Origin: Candidatus Eiseniibacteriota bacterium
GTDB taxonomy: Bacteria; Eisenbacteria; RBG-16-71-46
Length of the DNA: 19,605 nt
Assembly: GCA_031364845.1 (NCBI GenBank)
Contig: JANLWX010000012.1
Location: forward strand, 1-19,605
Reading direction: 5' to 3'
The notes beneath the pieces were generated by a model. It saw only the letters and a list, made by a program, of their open reading frames with translations. It ran no database searches and was not told the origin of the DNA. A program made the position numbers and the translations under genes. Positions 16,681 through 19,605 of this stretch are shown one piece after another. Position 1 is the stretch's first letter; each line of letters begins with the position of its first letter.

Positions 16681-17790
16681 TTACGCAGCGCGGCGCAGGT
16701 TGCGCCAGCGCGCCGGGCGGCCCTGCTCGCTCCACACTGCGCGCGAATGCGGCAGGAACTCGATGCAGCGCTGGGATTCGGTTGCCGCGTCGTTCGCCTC
16801 ACTGCACACGGGCTCCGCCGAAGCTCCGGGGTCGCGTGCAGGGTCGATTTCCCCACCCGCCCCGGGATCCTCTTGCGCGCGCTCGAGGGTCAGCGCCCAG
16901 CCGGTGTTGGTATCGCGTTCCAGCCGGCGCGCCAGATGGAGCGCGCGCGCATACGTCATCACGACCCCGCCCAGCACGACAACCTGGAGGATGACCAGCG
17001 GCCAGCGCGTGCGCAGGTACACCGAGACATCCTGCGGGCTGAAGACGAACGCGACCGCCCATACACTGAGCCACACCGCCCACAACGCGATCACCATACC
17101 CGGACGGCGCAAGTGCCGGATGTGCGCGCCGATCTCGGCGCACTCGTGATGGTTGAGCGCGCGACGCATGAAGCGCGCGCGCGGTTCGCCGTCGAGCCAC
17201 GCCATTGCCGGCGGCATCTCGACGCGCAAGGCGTACGACGGGCCGGCGGCGACTTCGGCGATGGTCACCGGCACGAACGCCGGCACGGGGCCCGCTCCGC
17301 GCAGCATGACGCAGCTCGATGCCGGCAGAACTTCGATCCACTGCGGCGCGCCGGCCACCGGAGACAGCACGCGCGCGTCGAGCAATTGCTTCTGCTCCTC
17401 GTCGAGCACGTCGCCGGCTTCGATCGCGCCCTCGAAGCACTCGACCTCTCCGGTTTCGAGATCCGCGAGATGGCCGCTGCGTTCGCGCCACGCGCGGCGC
17501 GCGCGCGTGACGAGGACCACCGGAATCGCGACGGCAATCAGCACGAGCGCGATCACCACGGTCACGTCGAGCCAACGGACACCGAGCGACTCCGGCAGCA
17601 GAAACATCGTGAGGAACGGGACGATCAGTGCGACCGGCGTGCACGCGATCGCGATCCACATCCGGAGCCCGAGCGCGCGTGCCTGTCCTTCGAGCCCCGC
17701 GCGTTCATCTGCTTGCATCGGGCGTGCTGCGGTGAACCGAAGTCCTGCACACCAACGTTCGGTTCGAAGTTCGTCCAGGATGTCGGGCAT
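16681..17790 (-). CDS. Hypothetical 4-TM membrane protein with an internal duplication
   Basis: Two pairs of hydrophobic helices, each followed by D..TG and IE(V/F)LPxS motifs. Start is uncertain (ATG 17790 chosen). Confidence 0.7.
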   Translation of the reverse strand: MPDILDELRTERWCAGLRFTAARPMQADERAGLEGQARALGLRMWIAIACTPVALIVPFLTMFLLPESLGVRWLDVTVVIALVLIAVAIPVVLVTRARRAWRERSGHLADLETGEVECFEGAIEAGDVLDEEQKQLLDARVLSPVAGAPQWIEVLPASSCVMLRGAGPVPAFVPVTIAEVAAGPSYALRVEMPPAMAWLDGEPRARFMRRALNHHECAEIGAHIRHLRRPGMVIALWAVWLSVWAVAFVFSPQDVSVYLRTRWPLVILQVVVLGGVVMTYARALHLARRLERDTNTGWALTLERAQEDPGAGGEIDPARDPGASAEPVCSEANDAATESQRCIEFLPHSRAVWSEQGRPARWRNLRRAA

Positions 17791-17937
17791 GCTCCGGGTA
17801 TCGGCGATACCGGCGAAGCCGCGAGCGGTATCTTGCACGCGCAGGACGTGCAGAGTGCGCGGAACCGACGCGGGGGGCAGGGGTATTTATTGTGTCATCA
17901 CGACTGAATGACGGCATCCCGCTCCGTGGAGCAGACT

Positions 17938-18615
17938 ATGAAGGACTTCGCGTACTGCTTGGTGGTCGTTGCAATCGCCCTGACCTCGGCGACGGGCCAT
18001 GCAAAGCCTCCGTCAGCCGTGGACAGCTCCATCCCGTGCGGAATCCTGTTCGTGGGTAAGGTCGGCACGATCGGAGATCGGATCGGGACATTTGAGATCG
18101 TGGTTCGTGATCTGGCGCAAAATCCGATGCCAGCGGTCCCCCTTCGTATCGTCTTCGATGACTGTCTGCGCGCCGGTGATGTGCGCATCGCGAGCGCACA
18201 ACCTGACGCATCCGTCTCTGTGGTATGCGGCCCTGAGTCGGTCGAGATTCGCGCCACGACGGAATCGTCCGGTGCGTTCATCTCCCGTTTTGTCGGTGGC
18301 GGATCGGGAAACGTTGTGGGTGGTTTCAACGCCCCGCCGTCTTGCTCGGCGGTGAGCCAGGGAGGGTGCGCGATCCTGTACGCTGATGGGGTCTTTCTGA
18401 GTCGAATCGCCGTTGCGCGCTTCGATGCCGACGGCGCGAATGGGATCGGCCCGCCCGACATCGCCTGCTGGCTCGCAGACTCATTCGCCCCCGATTATCT
18501 CGCGCGCTCGGATTTCGATTTCAGCGGGACGACGAATGTGTCCGACCTGTCGATCCTATTGCGGGCGTCGCTCGCAGGAGGTTCTCAGAGCAGTGCCGCC
18601 GCTTATTGTCAGTAG
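17938..18615 (+). CDS. Secreted Cys-rich protein with C-terminal dockerin/EF-hand-like loops
   Basis: SD GGAG, signal peptide ending GHA, Ig-like VRDLAQNPMP segment, and loops DADGANGIGPPD and DFDFSGTTNVSD. Confidence 0.7.
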   Translation: MKDFAYCLVVVAIALTSATGHAKPPSAVDSSIPCGILFVGKVGTIGDRIGTFEIVVRDLAQNPMPAVPLRIVFDDCLRAGDVRIASAQPDASVSVVCGPESVEIRATTESSGAFISRFVGGGSGNVVGGFNAPPSCSAVSQGGCAILYADGVFLSRIAVARFDADGANGIGPPDIACWLADSFAPDYLARSDFDFSGTTNVSDLSILLRASLAGGSQSSAAAYCQ

Positions 18616-18841
18616 CAGGCGATGAACCCTACCGAGCATCGAGTCCGCGGGGCTCGAAGTTCGCCAACTCCCCCTGGATGCGACGCACGCAGTCCGCGAT
18701 GCTCAGGGTGGGTCCAAGATACGAGCGACCTCGGGGCCCACCACCAACCCCGGGCCGGGAGCCGTCCGTCGAAGGTCGATTCAATCAACGTTGTCCTCCG
18801 GATTCGTCGCAGCGTCGACGGGGCGCGCCCTCACCTCGTGA

Positions 18842-19605
18842 CTAAACCCTTTCCACCAGCAACGCCATCCCCTGCCCCCCGCTCACGCACAGTGTGGCGA
18901 GGCCATAGCGTCCTTTCACCCGATCCAGTTCCGACAAGAGGGCGACAATGATCCGCGTGCCGCTGCATCCGGTCGGATGCCCGAGCGCGATACCGCCGCC
19001 ATTCGGGTTCAGGCGATCGCGATCGAAGCGCAGCTCGCGGTCGCACGCGAGCACCTGCGAGGCGAACGCTTCGTTGAGTTCGATGACGTCCATCTGATCG
19101 AGCGAAAATCCGTGGCGGTCGAGCAGCCGTCGCACGGCGGGAACCGGCCCGAGTCCCATGCGCGCCGGATTGACGCCGACCGATGTCCATCCGATGATCG
19201 CCGCCTGCGGCTCGACGTCGTGCCGCTTCGCCGCGGATTCCGACAGCACGACGACCGCTGCCGCGCCGTCGGTGATCGCCGACGCGTTGCCGGCGGTGAT
19301 GGTGCCGTCCTTGCGGAACACCGGCCGCAGTTTCGCCATCTCCTCGATCGACGCGTCGCCGCGGAAGTGCTCGTCGCGTTCGATCCGCACCGCGCGCTTG
19401 CCCTCGCCCACCGTCACGGGTACGACTTCGCGCGCGAAGCGGCCTTCGTTCCACGCGCGCGCCGCGCGACGGTTGCTCTCGAGCGCGTAGAGATCCTGCT
19501 CCTCGCGGGAGATCTTGAACTCGGTCGCGAGCGTCTCGCTGGTTTCGCCCATCAACTGGTTGCACAGCGGGCACAAATAGCCGTCGCGGTACATGGCGTC
19601 GAGCA
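18842..19605 (-). CDS. Thiolase (acetyl-CoA C-acyltransferase), C-terminal part; start lies outside the window
   Basis: GTITAGNASAITDGAAA, MGLGPVPA, ELNEAFA, GGIALGHPTGCSG and LCVSGGQG. Confidence 0.95.
   Translation of the reverse strand, partial: LDAMYRDGYLCPLCNQLMGETSETLATEFKISREEQDLYALESNRRAARAWNEGRFAREVVPVTVGEGKRAVRIERDEHFRGDASIEEMAKLRPVFRKDGTITAGNASAITDGAAAVVVLSESAAKRHDVEPQAAIIGWTSVGVNPARMGLGPVPAVRRLLDRHGFSLDQMDVIELNEAFASQVLACDRELRFDRDRLNPNGGGIALGHPTGCSGTRIIVALLSELDRVKGRYGLATLCVSGGQGMALLVERV

Noticed and set aside
18613..18620. TAGCAGGC matching the MITE end at another stop codon
   Set aside because: Only 8 nt match and there is no partner TIR; compatible with chance.
1..19605. CRISPR array, tRNA/rRNA, transposase or integrase
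   Set aside because: No regularly spaced repeats, RNA-gene signatures or recombinase motifs were seen.

Overview
High-GC bacterial window, probably from a diderm since it encodes an outer-membrane barrel. From left to right: the 5' end of an enoyl-CoA hydratase (-); a DEAD-box RNA helicase (-); an arsR-arsM arsenic-methylation pair (+); a DUF2867-like membrane protein (-); a PaaG-like crotonase (-); and a metal-uptake operon (+) of an outer-membrane barrel, a Zn/Mn-type substrate-binding protein and an ABC-3 permease, with no ATPase in the operon. That operon is preceded by a small ORF with a TM helix, HHH/CxxC and a C-terminal RAPP, followed by an anti-SD switch, which looks like a metal-sensing ribosome-arrest leader. 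Next come a VanW / exported AMMECR1-like / alpha-2-macroglobulin cluster (+), a 125-bp MITE-like element whose ends contain the stop codons of both flanking genes, two unknown membrane proteins (-), a secreted dockerin-like protein (+) and the 3' part of a thiolase (-). All family calls are by motif recognition by eye; no searches were run.
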